Shown here: positions 49,418 through 63,425 of the stretch, piece after piece | Numbering within the stretch: the stretch's first letter is position 1 | How the letters are laid out: every line of letters begins with the position of its first letter | Assembly: GCA_023213395.1 (NCBI GenBank) | Contig: CM041465.1 | Span: forward strand, 1-64,000 | Length of the DNA: 64,000 nucleotides | Direction: 5' to 3' | Origin: Cycas panzhihuaensis | Taxonomy: Eukaryota; Plantae; Cycadophyta | The notes under the pieces: generated by a model | Database searches by the model: none | The model's input: the letters and a program-made list of their open reading frames with translations, nothing else | What the model was told of the DNA's origin: nothing | Made by a program: the position numbers and the translations under genes

Positions 49418-51174
49418 CTTACCCGCCGCTGGTTGAATTTCTTCACTTTGACATTCGTGAGCATCGCGTAAATCACATTGCGCCAAGATCCGCCGACCAT
49501 CGCAATGCTTTGTTTTAATTAAACAGCTTGATTCCCCTTGTCCGCACCCGCCTCGAGTCGACTGCTTGCCGCCTAGGGAAAGCTCCCGCAGGGACGCTCG
49601 CGCCTGCCACCCGATCGACACGCACGCCCGCCCGCCACGATAGCAAGTGCACCACCGACAACCCACGAGCTCGAGGCATGCACTTAGGCCCACCTCAAAG
49701 CCAATCCTTTTCCGGTTACAACCATTTTGCCGACTTCCCTTACCTACATTGTTCTATCGACTGCAGGTCGCCACCTTGAGACCGATGCGTTATGAGTACG
49801 ACCGCGCAAACAGACTCGGCCCTCCGGATTTTCAAGGGCCGGAGGCGCACCGGACACCGCAGACGGCGATGCTCTTCCACCGGACCCTATCTCCTGATGA
49901 ACCGATTTCGTGGTGGGCAGTTAAAAACAAAACATAACTCTTCCCCCCCCCCCCCCCCACTTCTCCCAATTTCCTAACGCCGCCGTCGCCGCCACGCCCT
50001 GCTCGAGAATATTAACCCGATTCCCTTCGATGTACACGCAGTGCGCCTTCACATGTGGCTTCCCATCTCTCGTGATCGACTAACCCATGTCCAAGTGTCG
50101 CTCACATGGAACCTTTCCCCACTTCGCCTTCAAAGTTCTCATTTGAATATTTGCTACTACCACCAAGATCTCAGACCGGGCCGCCTCCGCCTGCACTCGC
50201 CCGAGGTTTCTCAACGACCCCCGCGTCCTCCTACTAACCGAGGCCAAGAACTTGCCCCTGACGATCGAGTATAGGTCCCAAGGCTCAGCCATCCATTTTC
50301 GGCTAGTTGATTCTACAGTGAGTTGTTACACACTTAGCGGATTTCGACTTCCATGACCACCGCCCCATTGCCTTAATCAACCAACACCCTTTGTGGGATC
50401 CGGGTTAGCACGCATTCCCAAGACCGTAACTCGACTTTCTGCTCATCCCGCATCGCCAGCCTCGCTACCAAAATGGCCCACTTAGAGCTCCCGATTCATT
50501 GCCGGCCAAGCAGAAAGCACCGCACTGCCTTACCTATTTAAAGTTTGAGAATAGGTCGAGGGCATTACGCCCGATGCCTCTAATCATTTGCTTTACCCGA
50601 TAAAACTCGCACCCGAGCTCCAGCCTATCCCGAGGGAAACTTTGAGGAAACCACCATTAGACGGCTCGATTAGTCTTTCGCCCTACACCCAAGTCGATTT
50701 AACGATCAGACGCCAAGATCGCTACGGCCTCCACCGTAGTTTCCTCCGCTTCACCCCGCCTGCATAGTTCACCATCTTCGTCCCAACAGTATGCTCGCAC
50801 TCAACCCTTCACGTAAGATCGGGCCTGGCTACGGCACGCCCGAGGGCATCTCGCCACCGCCTTCCTTGCGCTTAATCTGCTCAACCCGCGACCGCACACA
50901 TGTCGACTTTGGTCCGTGTTTCAAGACGCCGATGGAAAGCTCGCAGACCAACGCCATGAGCGCGCACGTGCCCGGGGCCCGCCGCAGAGGCGCCGGCTTC
51001 TCAAATGATCGTCGCAACGACGAAACTCCCCGCAGCCTCCCGCTGCTTTTGTCACCACGACACCACGATGGTCCACACCGAGCCGAGCAAGCAGATCGGG
51101 GTCACCGCTCGCATCCGACCGAGCGCATCACCAACCTCCATCCACTTCCTCCCAAGAATTTCAAGCACTCTTTA

Positions 51175-51205
<31 letters not shown>

Positions 51206-51541
51206 TCGCAGATTGTTCGCCATCTGGCCCCTCGCCCATATTTAGCCTTGGATGTAATTTACCACCCGATTAGGGTCAGATTCCCAAACAACCCGACTCG
51301 CAGACAACGCCTCGTGATGCAACAGGTCCGAACCCGACGGGCTTTCACCTTCCTGCGCCCTTCCAGGACTTGGGCCCATCCATTGTCAAGACGCTTTACA
51401 GTTACACCTGATGGCAACCGCCGCCCGATTTTCATGCCGACTCTTCCTGCTCGTCATTGCTACATTAGGGAACTTGTAAGTTTCTTTTCCTCCGCTTAGT
51501 GATATGCTTAAACTCACGGTGCTCTCGCCCGACCGGGTCAC
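48323..51541 (-). rRNA. 26S rRNA: 26S rRNA gene
   Basis: Same LSU motifs as 12844-16020; tcctccgcttagtgatatgcttaaactc at about 51488. Confidence 0.97.
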
Positions 51542-51768
51542 GTGACGGACGGAGGAACTCCTACCGCCTAGGCCTCCCGAGTGATCAAGTCGAGGGGCCT
51601 TCCCCGCTGCGTCGCGCACTTACTTGCCACATATCGACGGGCCAAGACGATCAACCACCGCCGATGCCCGGCTAACCGGAGCCCAATCCGGCTAAGCGAC
51701 CTGTCACAAGGGACACGGACACCAGCCTCCTCCACCGCCCGCACGTGCAATGGGGCGATCTGATCAGG
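51542..51768 (-). other. ITS2
   Basis: Lies between 26S and 5.8S. Confidence 0.85.
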
Positions 51769-51925
51769 TGCGACACCAGCAGACGTGCCCTCGCTCAAGC
51801 CTCCAGCGCAGCTTGCATTCAAAGACCGGATGCCCCACCGGATTCTCGCAATTCACACTGGCATCGTGATTTCGCCACGCTCTTCATCGTGGCGAGGGCC
51901 GAGATATCCGCTGTCGAGAGTCGCA
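51769..51925 (-). rRNA. 5.8S rRNA: 5.8S rRNA gene
   Basis: cagacgtgccctcg..ttgcattcaaaga..ttcatcgtggcgagggccgagatatccgctgtcgagagtcg. Confidence 0.93.
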
Positions 51926-52571
51926 TTTCCACAAATACGCCGCACGCCCCCGCAGTAACACCGGATCGAGGGTCCGCAAAGAACTCGAGTCCTGGTGCGC
52001 CGCACCGTGCTTTTGGTTTGTTGGCCCACCTCGCCCAACGACGCCCGCAAGCAACGAGACAACCCCGCCTCCCCGAGGACGCCCGCACATCGACTCCTGA
52101 GTCATGGCGGGGAGAGTCGCAAGGAAACCGCTGCAGGACAAGACAACATGAGAGAAGGGCCCTGCTATACCCAACACGATCGGTCAGCCCACCAAGACGC
52201 CCAGCCTCCCAAGCACACTCAGTGACCGGGGCCCCTGCAGTTTACTTGAGGGGGTCCGACCTCTCGACGAACCTAGTGGGATAGATGCTACGGCAGACGC
52301 AGCCTCACCATCCCGCCTCGCGCTCCTGCCACGATCTATATATCCTCGAGCGCCATGGAAGCGAGACGGGCGACGGCAGAGTCCGACGTCCCAACATCCC
52401 TCTTCGCGAGAGAACCAGACGGCCATTCCAAATCCCTCCGCACTGGATCGCACGCAATGGAGTAGAGCCGCCTAGAGAAACGATGAGGAGCATGATGCCT
52501 TCAAGGGGCCCTAATCCATCACGCCCCCACCTAAAAGTTCGCCGTTGTCTATGGTGTCCAGAGACCTAAGT
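51926..52571 (-). other. ITS1 (about 645 bp)
   Basis: Homologous to 16390-17009. Confidence 0.85.
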
Positions 52572-52598
52572 TAATGATCCTTCCGCAGTTCACCTACT

Positions 52599-52630
<32 letters not shown>

Positions 52631-54261
52631 AATAAGGTTCAATGAACTTCGCGACGCCTAAGAAGAAGAAACCGCCGCCGCCACGATCCGAACACTTCAC
52701 CGGATCATTCAATCCAGAGGAGCGACGGCGGTGTACAAAGGGCGTGGACGAGTCAACGCTGTTGATGACTCGCTACTAGGAATTCCTCGTTGAAGATCAA
52801 TAATCGCAATGTACTATCCCCATCACGATGAAATTTCCACAGACACCCCAACCTCTCGCCAAGGTTATAGACTGCTGAATACATCGCAGAAGCGCAGGCC
52901 CGTAACATCTAAGGGCATCACTGCACTGTTATTGCCTTCAAACTTCCATGGCCTCGAACGGCCATAGTCCCTCTAAGAAGTCGGGCCGAAAGGAAACCCT
53001 TTCACAGTAGCTAGTTAGCAGTCGAGGTCTCGCTCATAACTAATTAACTGCATAAATCGCCCACCAACTAAGAACGGCCATGCACCACCACCCATAGAAT
53101 CAAGAAAGAGCTCTCTATCTATCAATCCTTACTATGTCCGGACTCGTAAGTTTCCTGTTGAGTCAAATTAAGCCGCAGCTCCACTCCGGTGGTGCCCTTC
53201 CACAATTCCTTTAAGTTTTAGCCTTACACCATACTCCCTAACCCAAAAACTTTGATTTCATAAGGTGCCCATGAGTCCTTAGAGCAACATCCACCGATCC
53301 CTACGCCAAGATCGCTTATGGTTGAGACTAGACAAGATTCAATCGCCTTCGAGCCCCCAACTTTCGCTCTGATTAATGAAAACATCCTTGGCAATGCTTT
53401 CGCAGCGGTTCGCCTTTCATAAATCCAAGAATTTCACCGACAATGAAATACGAATGCCCCGATCGTCCCTATTAATCATTACTCCGATCCCAAGGCCAAC
53501 GTAATAGGACCGTAATCCCATCGTGTTATTCCATGCTAATGTATTCAGAGCGCGGGCTTGCCTTTAGCACTCTAATTTTTTCAAAGTAACAACGCCAGAG
53601 CCGCAACCTGTGCAACTAAGTCCGTGAACGCGCCACGACAAAAAGGACGAAACGATCGATGCACACCGAAGGCGCAATCTGGCCGTCCCCAAGATCCAAC
53701 TACGAGCTTTTAACCGCAACAACTTAAATATACGCTATTGAGCCGAATTACCGCTACCGGGCACCGCACTTGCCCTCCAATGGATCCTCGTTAAGGGATT
53801 TAAATTGTACTATTCCAATTACCGCACTGATGAGCCCGGATTGTTATTTATTGTCACTACCTCCCCATGTCGATTGGGTAATTTGCGCTACGCCTTCCTC
53901 GATGTGGTAGCCGCTCGTGCTCCCTCCTAATCGAACCCCACCTCCGTCACCGTCACCACCATGGTAGGCCTCATCCTACCATCGAAAGTTGATAGGCGTA
54001 AATTGAATGAAGCGTCACGCAAGACTAGGCCATGCGATCCGTCGAGTTATCATAAATCACCGACACCGGACGAGAGCCCGTGATCGCCTTTTATCTAATA
54101 AATGCGCCCCTTCCAAAAGTCGGATTTGGTACACGACAGCTCTAGAATTACTACTGCTATCCGAGTAACAGGAATACCATTAAATAAACTATAATCGATT
54201 TAATGAGCCATTCGCAGCTTCACAACCGACATAGTTCATACCAACACATGCATGGCTTAAT
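52572..54261 (-). rRNA. 18S rRNA: 18S rRNA gene lacking its first 40 or so nucleotides as read
   Basis: Runs from taatgatccttccgcag (52572) to catgcatggcttaat (54261). The ctttgagacaagcatatgactac..gatcaacc segment present at 18668-18707 is missing. Confidence 0.93.
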
Positions 54262-55039
54262 GATCCATCAATGCTGCATCCGCTATTTGTAACCCAAACA
54301 AGAAAAACCCATCCAAAATCCACCAACGATAAATGCGTAAGGAAAAGAAAAAGAAAGACGAATAAAGAGAAGAATAGACGGAACCGACGCAAAACAATGA
54401 GAGAGCGAATAAAAATTGTGGCAAGAAAGTGAATAAACCCAAAGTGCTTCTTAAAACGAGTGGGGAGGGGGTGAGACTACATAGCAAATGCACACATGTG
54501 AAGGACCGTGGTCCGACAAAGAAATGCGAGGGATCGGACGAACACAGTAACCACAGTGAAAGGGGCCCGCCTTGGCACTCGAATCAACAGAGACATCGCC
54601 ATGCATCAACATTCAAACACGACCGGGAACAAGCACAATTTGGAGATCAAAAAGGGCAAGGGAAGGAATATAAGAATGAAAAGCTAACGACGGGGACCTG
54701 CAGACAAGTACTCACACTAAAACCACAACGACATCACCATGCCTACCCACTCCAAAAAGTTTAAGAGCTCCTCACAAGAAACACCCTCCATGCACACAAC
54801 ACACACAAGGGAGTGACCATTTAGGGAAAACCGAACGCACCACCATGCAAACGGAGAGATCAATCCTCACGAAACCCGTATTATAAAACTAGCAAGAACG
54901 ACTAAAGCCACACCCACAAGGCCACGGGAGGGAACCCACATGGGGACTTCCACCCGGCAACCCAATAGGGATCGCAAGAGAAGAAGAGGGAGCAAGACAG
55001 ATGCCGACTTTGCGCACGCCACGAGACGCCAAACAACCG

Positions 55040-55890
55040 GAAAATTTAGGAGAGGAGCATATAGACAACAGAGGGAAATAATCGAGCGGCAGACGCCGCC
55101 TTTTCGCTCACCGGACACCGGGAGGAGTATCCCGCATTAGGCGTACCTTTACCCTATGTACCGCCCAACTGCGCGACCAACAATAAGTCCAGACGGCACG
55201 CCCTGCGGCACGCGAAGTTCCTCTATAAACGACGCTGGGTGAACGCTTTACGAAACACCCTTCACACGATCCGTGTCCGTATAACCGCCCGAACCGGCTT
55301 GGCCTCGATCGATAGCAAAATGAGCGTTAGCTCCGCACCACCGGGAAATCTACGAGGAGCAAGCATACAGAGAGGAGAGGGAACGATCGAGAGCGGCAGA
55401 CGCCGTTTTTCGGGCCACTTGACACCGGGAGGAGTATCCCGTGACGAGGCCCTTTACCCTACATGTACCGGCTACCGCCCAATCAGGCGACCAACAACAA
55501 GTCCGGACGGCACGCCCTGCACGCGAAGTTCCTCTATAAACGACGCTGGGCGAACTTTTACGAACACCTTCGTGACGTATCCGTCCGTAACCGCTCAATC
55601 GCCGGCCTCGATCGCATAGCAAAATAAGCGTTAAGCTCCACACCACCGGAAATCTACGAGGAGCAAGCATACAGAGGAGAGAGGGAACGACGGAGCGGCG
55701 TGACGCCGTTTCGGGCCACGGCACCGAGGAGTATCCCGTGACGAGGCCCTTTACCCTACATGTACCGGCCCCCAATCGCTACACCAACAACAAGTTCAGA
55801 CGGCACATCCCATGCACGCGAAGTTCCTCTATAAACGACGCTTGGGCAAACGCTTTACTTAAACACCCTTCGTGACGATCCGTGTCCGCA
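55040..55890. repeat. Subrepeat family A, 3 copies
   Basis: aagttcctctataaacgacgc at about 55215, 55526 and 55821. Confidence 0.88.
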
Positions 55891-57385
55891 ACCTGCCGAC
55901 CGACCTAACAAAGGCCCAAGGCCAATGCTCGGAGGGACCTGACTGAAGCGTAGAGGAACGAGGCCATGTTTCGCACGTAATTGAGCCAGAGGACTCACGC
56001 AATAAGGGTCCGTCCACCGAGCGTGGCCTAGGTTCCTCTCGCAAGCACAAAGAAAGATCACCGCCCCAGAGCCGCTTTCGATAACCGCCTGTGGAACTTT
56101 CGAAGGGTCTCCCCGCCCCTGTGCCAATGCTCAAGAACCAACATGAAGCACAAGGAACGCCACTATTCGCGCTGCTTATTAAACCAAAGCAACCACAAAA
56201 TAAGGGTCTGCTCGCCTCGCAGGGACAACGCCCCTACCGCCTAATCGATAAATCGCCGCCATGAGTCCGCCAATAATAATACGGACGCTGCTTTTATCCG
56301 GTGCCACCATGCGCTACAAAGATGGAACCGAACACGCAACTCGCCGACCGACGCAACAAAGGCCCAAGGCCAATGCTCTGAGGGACCCGATCAAGCGCAG
56401 AGGAACGCGCCATGTTTCAGCCAGACGTAATCGAGCTGCAGGACTCATGTAATAAGGGTCCGCCCACCGAAGTGGCCTAGGGTCCCCTCGCCAAAGACAA
56501 AGAAAATCACCGCCCACGAGCCATTTTACAGATAATCGCTCAACAACTGCAGAAGGGCTCGTCCGCCTCGTGCCAATGCTCGTAAGAACCGAACATGAAG
56601 CACAAGGGATCGCCATGATTCGCGCTTATTGAACCAAAGCAATCACAAAATAAGGGTCCGTCTACTGCAGTGGACAACGCCCCCACGGGCCAATCGAGCA
56701 ATCACCGCCATGAGCTTCCGCCAATAATAATACGGACGCCTTTTATCTGAGAAAGCACTCATGTGCTACAAAGATGGACCGAACACGCGAACTCGCCGAC
56801 CGACCTAACAAAGGTCCAAGGCCAATGCTCTGAGGGACTCGATCAGAGCGCAGCAACGCGCCATGTTTCGCACGTAATTCACCCTGAGGACTCATTAAGG
56901 GTCCGCCCACCGAGCGGGCCTAAGGTTCCTCTCGCCAAAGACAAAAATCACCGCCTAGAGCCCTTTGCGATAATCGCTCATCGAATCACAGAAGGGTCTC
57001 GCCGCCCCTAAGCCAACGCCAAGAACCGAACATGAAGCACAAGGAAACGCCACGATTCGCGATTATCAACCAAAGCAATCTCAAAATAAGGGTCTGTCGC
57101 TGCAGGACAACGCCCCCTACCGGCCAATCGAGCAATCACCGCCGCCACGTTTCTTCGCCACACACACGGACGCGCTCTTTATCGGCGGTGCCACCATGCG
57201 CTACAAAGATGGACCGAACGCTAACTCGCCGACCGACTCAACAAAGGCCCAAGGCCAATGCTCTGAGGGACCCGATCAAGCGCAAAGGAACGCGCCATGT
57301 TTCGCACGTAATCGAGCTGCAGGACTCACTTAATAAGGGTCCGCCCACCGAGCGGGCCTAGGTTCCCCGCCAAAGACAAGAAAAA
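55890..57385. repeat. Subrepeat family B, about 3.3 copies
   Basis: aagg(c/t)ccaaggccaatgctc at about 55910, 56360, 56810 and 57245. Confidence 0.88.
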
Positions 57386-57399
57386 CACCGTCGCCAGAG

Positions 57400-60300
57400 C
57401 CGCAAAGCTGCCCGCCCCACCCCAAGAGGGACACCACCACCGAAAGGGAGCAATTACCACACACCCCCAACCAAAAGAAAGAAAACAGATAACGAAACGT
57501 CGAAAGGGGCGTAACTTACAAAGAATAATGGGAAAAACAAGCAAACAAACAAGAGGGAAACGCACGAGGGGAGAAAAACTAAGGGTGAAGACAACAAGAC
57601 AATTGGGACTTCACCAAAAGGGGCCAAGGTAACAAGACAAACGGGAAACGAGGGGGGAAGGCGTCCCAAATATGAGCCGGGTGAGAGAGCCACGTAACTC
57701 GGATTGGGAGGGTGAATGAGAAGGACGCTTTTGGGGCCAGAGGTTGTAGATGCTCCGTCGGCAGCACTTAGGAAGAGGGGGGATGCGCGCAAAGCATCTG
57801 CCCCACCCCAAGAGGGACACCACCGAAAGGGAGCCAGTCACACACCCCCAACCGACGGAAAGAAAACAAACAACGAAACATCGAAAGGGAAGAATTGACC
57901 AGCAACAATGGGAAAAACCAACAGCCCAAACAAGAGGAAAACGACGAGGGTAGACAAAAAGGAAGGGTGAAGATAAACAAGACAATTGGGACTTCCACAA
58001 AGGCCGCCGAGGAACAAGACAAACGCATCGGGGAGGAACGGCCCCAAATATGTGTCAAGGGTTAAAGAGCTGCTGAACCCAAGTTGGGAGGGGAAATGAT
58101 ACGGATGTCTTGGGCACGAGGTGGTAAACCGTCCGGCAGCACTTAGGAAAGAGGGGGATGCGCGCAAAGCATCTGCCCCACCCCAAGAGGGACACCACCG
58201 AAAGGGAGCCCGCCACACACCCCCAACCGAAAGAGAGAAAACAAACAACGAAACATCCAAAGGGGGAGAAATGACCAGCAACAATGAGGAAATTAAAATT
58301 TCAAGCAAGAGCGTAAACGCACGAGGGGAGACAAAATGGAAGTGGTGAAGACAAACAAGACAATTGGGACTTCGAAAAGGGGTCAACGAACAAGACAAAC
58401 GGCATTTGGGAGGAACGCGTCCCAAATATGTGCTGGGGTGAAAGAAAAGCCTGTAACTCGGGTTGGGAGGGGAGCACGGACGTGTCTTTGGGCACGAGGT
58501 AGTAAACGGCCCGCCTTGGCAAGTGACTTAGGAAGAGGGGGATGCGCGCAAAGCATCTGCCCCACCCCAAGAGGGACACCACCGAAAGAAGGAAAATAGA
58601 CAACGAAACATCCAAAGGGGAGAAATGACCAGCAACAATGAGGAAATTAAACAGCCCAAACAAGAGCGAAACGCACGAGGGTGAGACAAAAATGGAAGTG
58701 GTGAAGACAAACAAGACAATTGGGACCTCTCACAAAAGGGTGCCATGTAACAAGACAAACGGCATCGGGGAGGAACCTCCCAAATATGTGCCGGGGTGAA
58801 AGAGCGCCGTAACCCGAAGTTGAGAGGGAACGATACGACGCGTTTTAGGCACGAGGTTATAAACGCCCGTCCGGCAAGCACTTAGAAAGAGGGGATGCGC
58901 AAAGCATCTCGCCCCCCCAAAGAGGGACACCACCGAAAGGGAGCCCACACACCCCTCAAATAAAAGAGAGAAAATGACAACTAAACAACCAAAGGGGAGA
59001 AATGACCAAGAACAATGAGAAAACTAAACAAATTTCAAACAAGAGCGAAACTGATGGGGGGAGACAAAACTAAGGGTGAAGATAAATAAGATAATTGGGA
59101 CTTCCGTCAAAAAGGGTGCCATGGAACAAAACAAACGGGCATCCTGGGGGAAGGCATCCCAAATATGTGCTGGGGGTGAAAGAGCAGCGTAACTCGGGTT
59201 GAGAGGGGAAACGACACGGACGTGTCTCCGGGCACGAGGTGGTAAACCCGCCTGGCAGGACTTAGAAGAGGGGATGCGCAAGGCATCCGCCCCCAAGAGG
59301 GACACCACCAAGAGGGATCCCGCCACACGCCTCAACAGTAAAGAAAGAAAATGTAACTAAACATCCAAAGGGAGAAATGACCAAGAATAATGAGAAAATT
59401 AACTACAAAAATAAGAGCGAAACGCACGAGGGGGAGACAGAAATGGAAGTGGTGAAGACAAACAAGACAATTGGGACTTCCACAAAAGGTCGCACTTAAC
59501 AAGACAAACAACATCTGGGAGGAACGCGTCCCAAATATGTGTCATGTGAAAGAGCTACCATAACCCAAAGTTGGGAGGGGAAATGATACGGACGTGTCTT
59601 TGGGCATGAGGTGGTAAACGGACCGTCCGGCAGCACTTAGGAAAGAGGGGGATGCGCGCAAAGCATCTGCCCCACCCCAAGAGGGACACCACCGAAAGGG
59701 AGCCCGCAACACACCCCCAACCGAAAGAGAGAAAACAGAACGAAACATCCAAAGGGGAGAAATGACCAGCAACAATGAGGAAATTAAACAGCCCAAACAA
59801 GAGCGAAACGCACGAGGGGGAGACAAAAATGGAAGTGGTGAAGACAAACAAGACAATTGGGACTTCCCTCAAAAGGGTTGGCATGGAACAAGATAAATGG
59901 GCATCGGGGGAGGAACGCGTCCCAAATATGTGCTGGGGGTGAAAGAGTAGCGCCAGAACCTGGGTTGGGAGGGGAAACGATACGGGACGTGTCTTTGGGC
60001 ACGAGGTGGTAAACTACCATCCAAGTGACTTGGGAAGAGGGGAATGCGCGCAAAGCATCTGCCCCACCCCAAGAGGGACACCACCGAGAGGGAGCCCGCC
60101 ACACACCCCCGACCGAAAGAAAGAGAAATGTATAAATCGAAACATCCAAAGGGGAGAAATGACCAAAGAACAATGAGAAAATTAAACTACAAATAAGAGC
60201 GAAACGCATTTAGGGGAGACAGAATGAAGTGGTGAAGACAAACAAGACAATTGGGACTTCCACAAAAAGGGTGCCACTAACAAGACAAGCTGCATCGAGG

Positions 60301-61530
60301 GAGGAACGATCCCAAATATGTGCTGGGGTGAAAGAGCAACACGAACCTGTGTTGGGAGGAATGATACGGACGTGCTTTGGGCACGAGGTGGTAAACGACC
60401 CTTTCGGCAAGACTTAGGAAGAGGGGATGCGGCAAAGCATCCGCCCCACCCCAATTGAACACCATCGAAAGGGAGCTCCCACACTTCAAATCAAGGAAAG
60501 AAAACAAACGAAACATCAAAAGGGAAGAATTAACCAGCAATAATGGGAAAAACAAACTGCCCACACAAGAGGAAAACGCACGAGGGGAAGACAAAAACGG
60601 AAGCTGTGAAGACAAACAAGACAATTGGGACTTCAAAAAAAAAGGGTGCCACTAACAAGACAAACGGCATCCCAAAATGTGCTGGGGGTGAAAGAGCAGC
60701 GCCACAACTTGGGTTGGGAGGGAGAATGGCACGGACGTGTCTTTGGGCACAAGGTGGTAAACACCCGTCCGGCACACTTAGAAGAGGGGATGCGCAAAGC
60801 ATCTGCCAAACCTCAAGAGGGACACCACCGAAAGGGAGCCCGGCACATACACCCAAGCCAAAGAAAGAAAACAGACAACAAAACATCCAAAGGGGAGAAT
60901 TGACCAAAGAAGAATGGGAAAAACAAGCAGCCCAAACAAGAGGGAAACGCACGAGGGGGAGACAAAAACGGAAGGCGTTAAGAGAAACAAGACAATTGGG
61001 ACTTTTGTAAAAAAGGGTGCCACCCAACAAGACAAACGGCACCTGGAGGGGGTGGTGGGGGGAGTCCCAAACATGTGGCTGGGGTGAAAGAGCAGCCAAA
61101 ACCTGTGTTGGGAGGAGAATGATATGTGTCTTTGGGCACGAGGTTGTAAATGGCCCATCCGGCAAGACTTAGAAAGAGGGGGATGCATGCAAAGCATCTG
61201 CCCCACCCCAAGAGGGACACCACCGAAAGGGAGGCCGCCACACACCCCCAACCGAAAGAAAACAGATAACGAAACATCCAAAGGGGAGAATTGACCAGCA
61301 ATAATGGGAAAAACAAATAGCCCAAACAAACAAGAGGAAAACGACTTAGGGAAGACAAAAAGGAAGGGGAAAAGACAAAAAAGCCAAGTGGGACTCCCGC
61401 CAAAAAGGGGTGCTATGGAACAAGACAAACGCATCTGGGGAGGCGTCCCCAACATGTACTAGGGATGAAAGAGCAGCCGCCCAAACCCGGGTTGGGAGGG
61501 AGAATCAGACGGACGGTCTTTGGGCACGAG
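57400..61530. repeat. Subrepeat family C, about 11 copies, uninterrupted (empty insertion site near 59905-59915)
   Basis: aaaagggttggca..aacaaga.aaa..gcatcgggggaggaacgcgtcccaaatatg joins the two flanks of the retrotransposon seen at 27883 and 40928. Confidence 0.88.
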
Positions 61531-62528
61531 GGTGAAGACAAACAGACATTGGGACTTCACAAAAAGGGTGCCATGAACAAGACAAACGGGCATGGGGGGA
61601 GGGGGCCCCAAATATGTGTCGGGTGAAAGAGCAGCCAAAACTGGGTTGAGGAGAATGATACGGACGTGTCTTTGGGCCCGAGGTGAAGACAAACAAGACA
61701 ATTGGGACTTCCACAAAAGGGTGCCACGTAACAAGACAAACGGCATGGGGGAAGGGGGCGGCCCCAATATGTGTTGGGGTGAAAGAGCAACAAAACCGGG
61801 TTGAGGGAGAATGATACGGACGTGTCTTTGGGCCCAAGGTGAAGACAAACAAGACAACTGGGACTTCCACAAAAGGGTGCCATGTAACAAGACAAACGGC
61901 ATCGGGAAGGGGCCCCCAATATGTGCTGGGGTGAAAGAGCAACGCCAAAACCCGGGTTGAGGGAGAATGATACAGACGGTCTTTGGGCCCGAGGGTGAAG
62001 ACAAACAAGACAATTGGGACTTCCACAAAAGGGTGCCATGTATCAAGACAAACAGCATCCGGGGAGGGGCGTCCCCAATATGTGCTGGGGGCGAAAGAGC
62101 ACCAAAACCTGGGTCAGAGGAGAATGATACGACGTGTCTTTGGGCCCGAGGGGTGAAGACAAACAAGACAATTTGACTTCACAAAAGGGTGCCACATGAA
62201 TACAAGACAAACCCGCATCGGGGGAGGGGCGCCCCAATATGTGCCGGGGTGAAAGAGCAAAGCTAAAACCGGGTTGGGAGGAGAATGATACGGGACGTGT
62301 CTTTGGGCCCGAGGGGTGAAGACAAACAAGACAATTGGGACTTCCGTCAAAAAGGGTGCCACAGAACAAGACAAACAGGCATCGGGGGAGGGGGCGTCCC
62401 CAATATGTGCTGGGGGTGAAAGAGCAACAACAAACCTGGGTCGAGGGAGAATGATACGGACGGTCTTTGGGCCCGAGGTGTGAAGACAAACAAGAGAATT
62501 ACTCAAAAGGGTGCTGAACAAGACAAAC
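61530..62528. repeat. Subrepeat family C' (about 123 bp), about 6-7 copies
   Basis: Same monomer as 42370-43549. Confidence 0.85.
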
Positions 62529-63140
62529 GAGGTGGGTTTCCGCATGAAGTGCGCCGCTTCCACTGTGCCCGCAACGGCGGGGTTTCCGCCCACCGTGCCC
62601 GCAACGGCGGGTTTCCGCCTAAGCCCAACGGCGGGGTTTCCGCTTCCACCAGTCAACGGCGGGGTTTCCGCGAACCCTTCACTGTGCCAATTCGCAACGG
62701 CGGGGTTTCCGCGCTAACACCGTGCCCACAACGGCGGGGTTTCCGAACCTAGGCGCTTCGAGCATTCCAAAGCAAGTCCAACGGGCGGGGTTTCCGCGAC
62801 CATACGGAGCTGCCCAGCAAGTCCGTAACGGCGGGGTTTCCGCGAACGAAGGCCGAGTACCCAAAGAAGTCCAACGGCGGGTTTCCGCGAACGAAGGCCG
62901 AGCATTCCAAAGCGCTCCATAAGTCCAACGGCGGGGTTTCAACGAATTAAGGCCGAGCGCCCAAAGAAGTCCGTAACGGCGGGGTTTCCGCGAACGAAGG
63001 CCGAGCGCCCAAAGAAGTCCGTAACGGTTGGGTTTCGCCAACGAAGGTCGAGAGTTCCACCAAGTCCGTAACGGCGGGTTTCCGCGAACGAAGGCCGAGC
63101 GCCCATCGTCCAAGTCCATAAAAAAATGAAGTGTGATTTC
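62529..63140. repeat. Family F array (inverted D), about 14 copies
   Basis: cggcggggtttccgcgaacgaaggccgag repeats ending in gtccaagtccataaaaaaatgaagtgtgatttc. Confidence 0.88.
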
Positions 63141-63425
63141 TTCTGATTTTCATCGTTTATCGCAATTTTATAGCCGTTTTAAGCATTTCCAAACCGATTT
63201 TGATCGTTATGTTCATTTTATAGCCGTTTTAACCGATTTTCATCGTTTATGGCCATTTTACAGCTATTTTAGCCATTTCCAAACTGATTTTGATCGTTCA
63301 TGGCCATTTTACAGCTACCTTAACCGTTTCTGAGCCGATTTTGATTGTTTATGGTCATTTGTGAGCCATTTTTACTATTTCTGAAATTGTTTTGACCGTT
63401 TCTAGCCATACTGATCGTTTTATTC
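63141..63425. repeat. Family E AT-rich phased T-tract repeat
   Basis: Nearly identical to 44401-44690. Confidence 0.85.
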
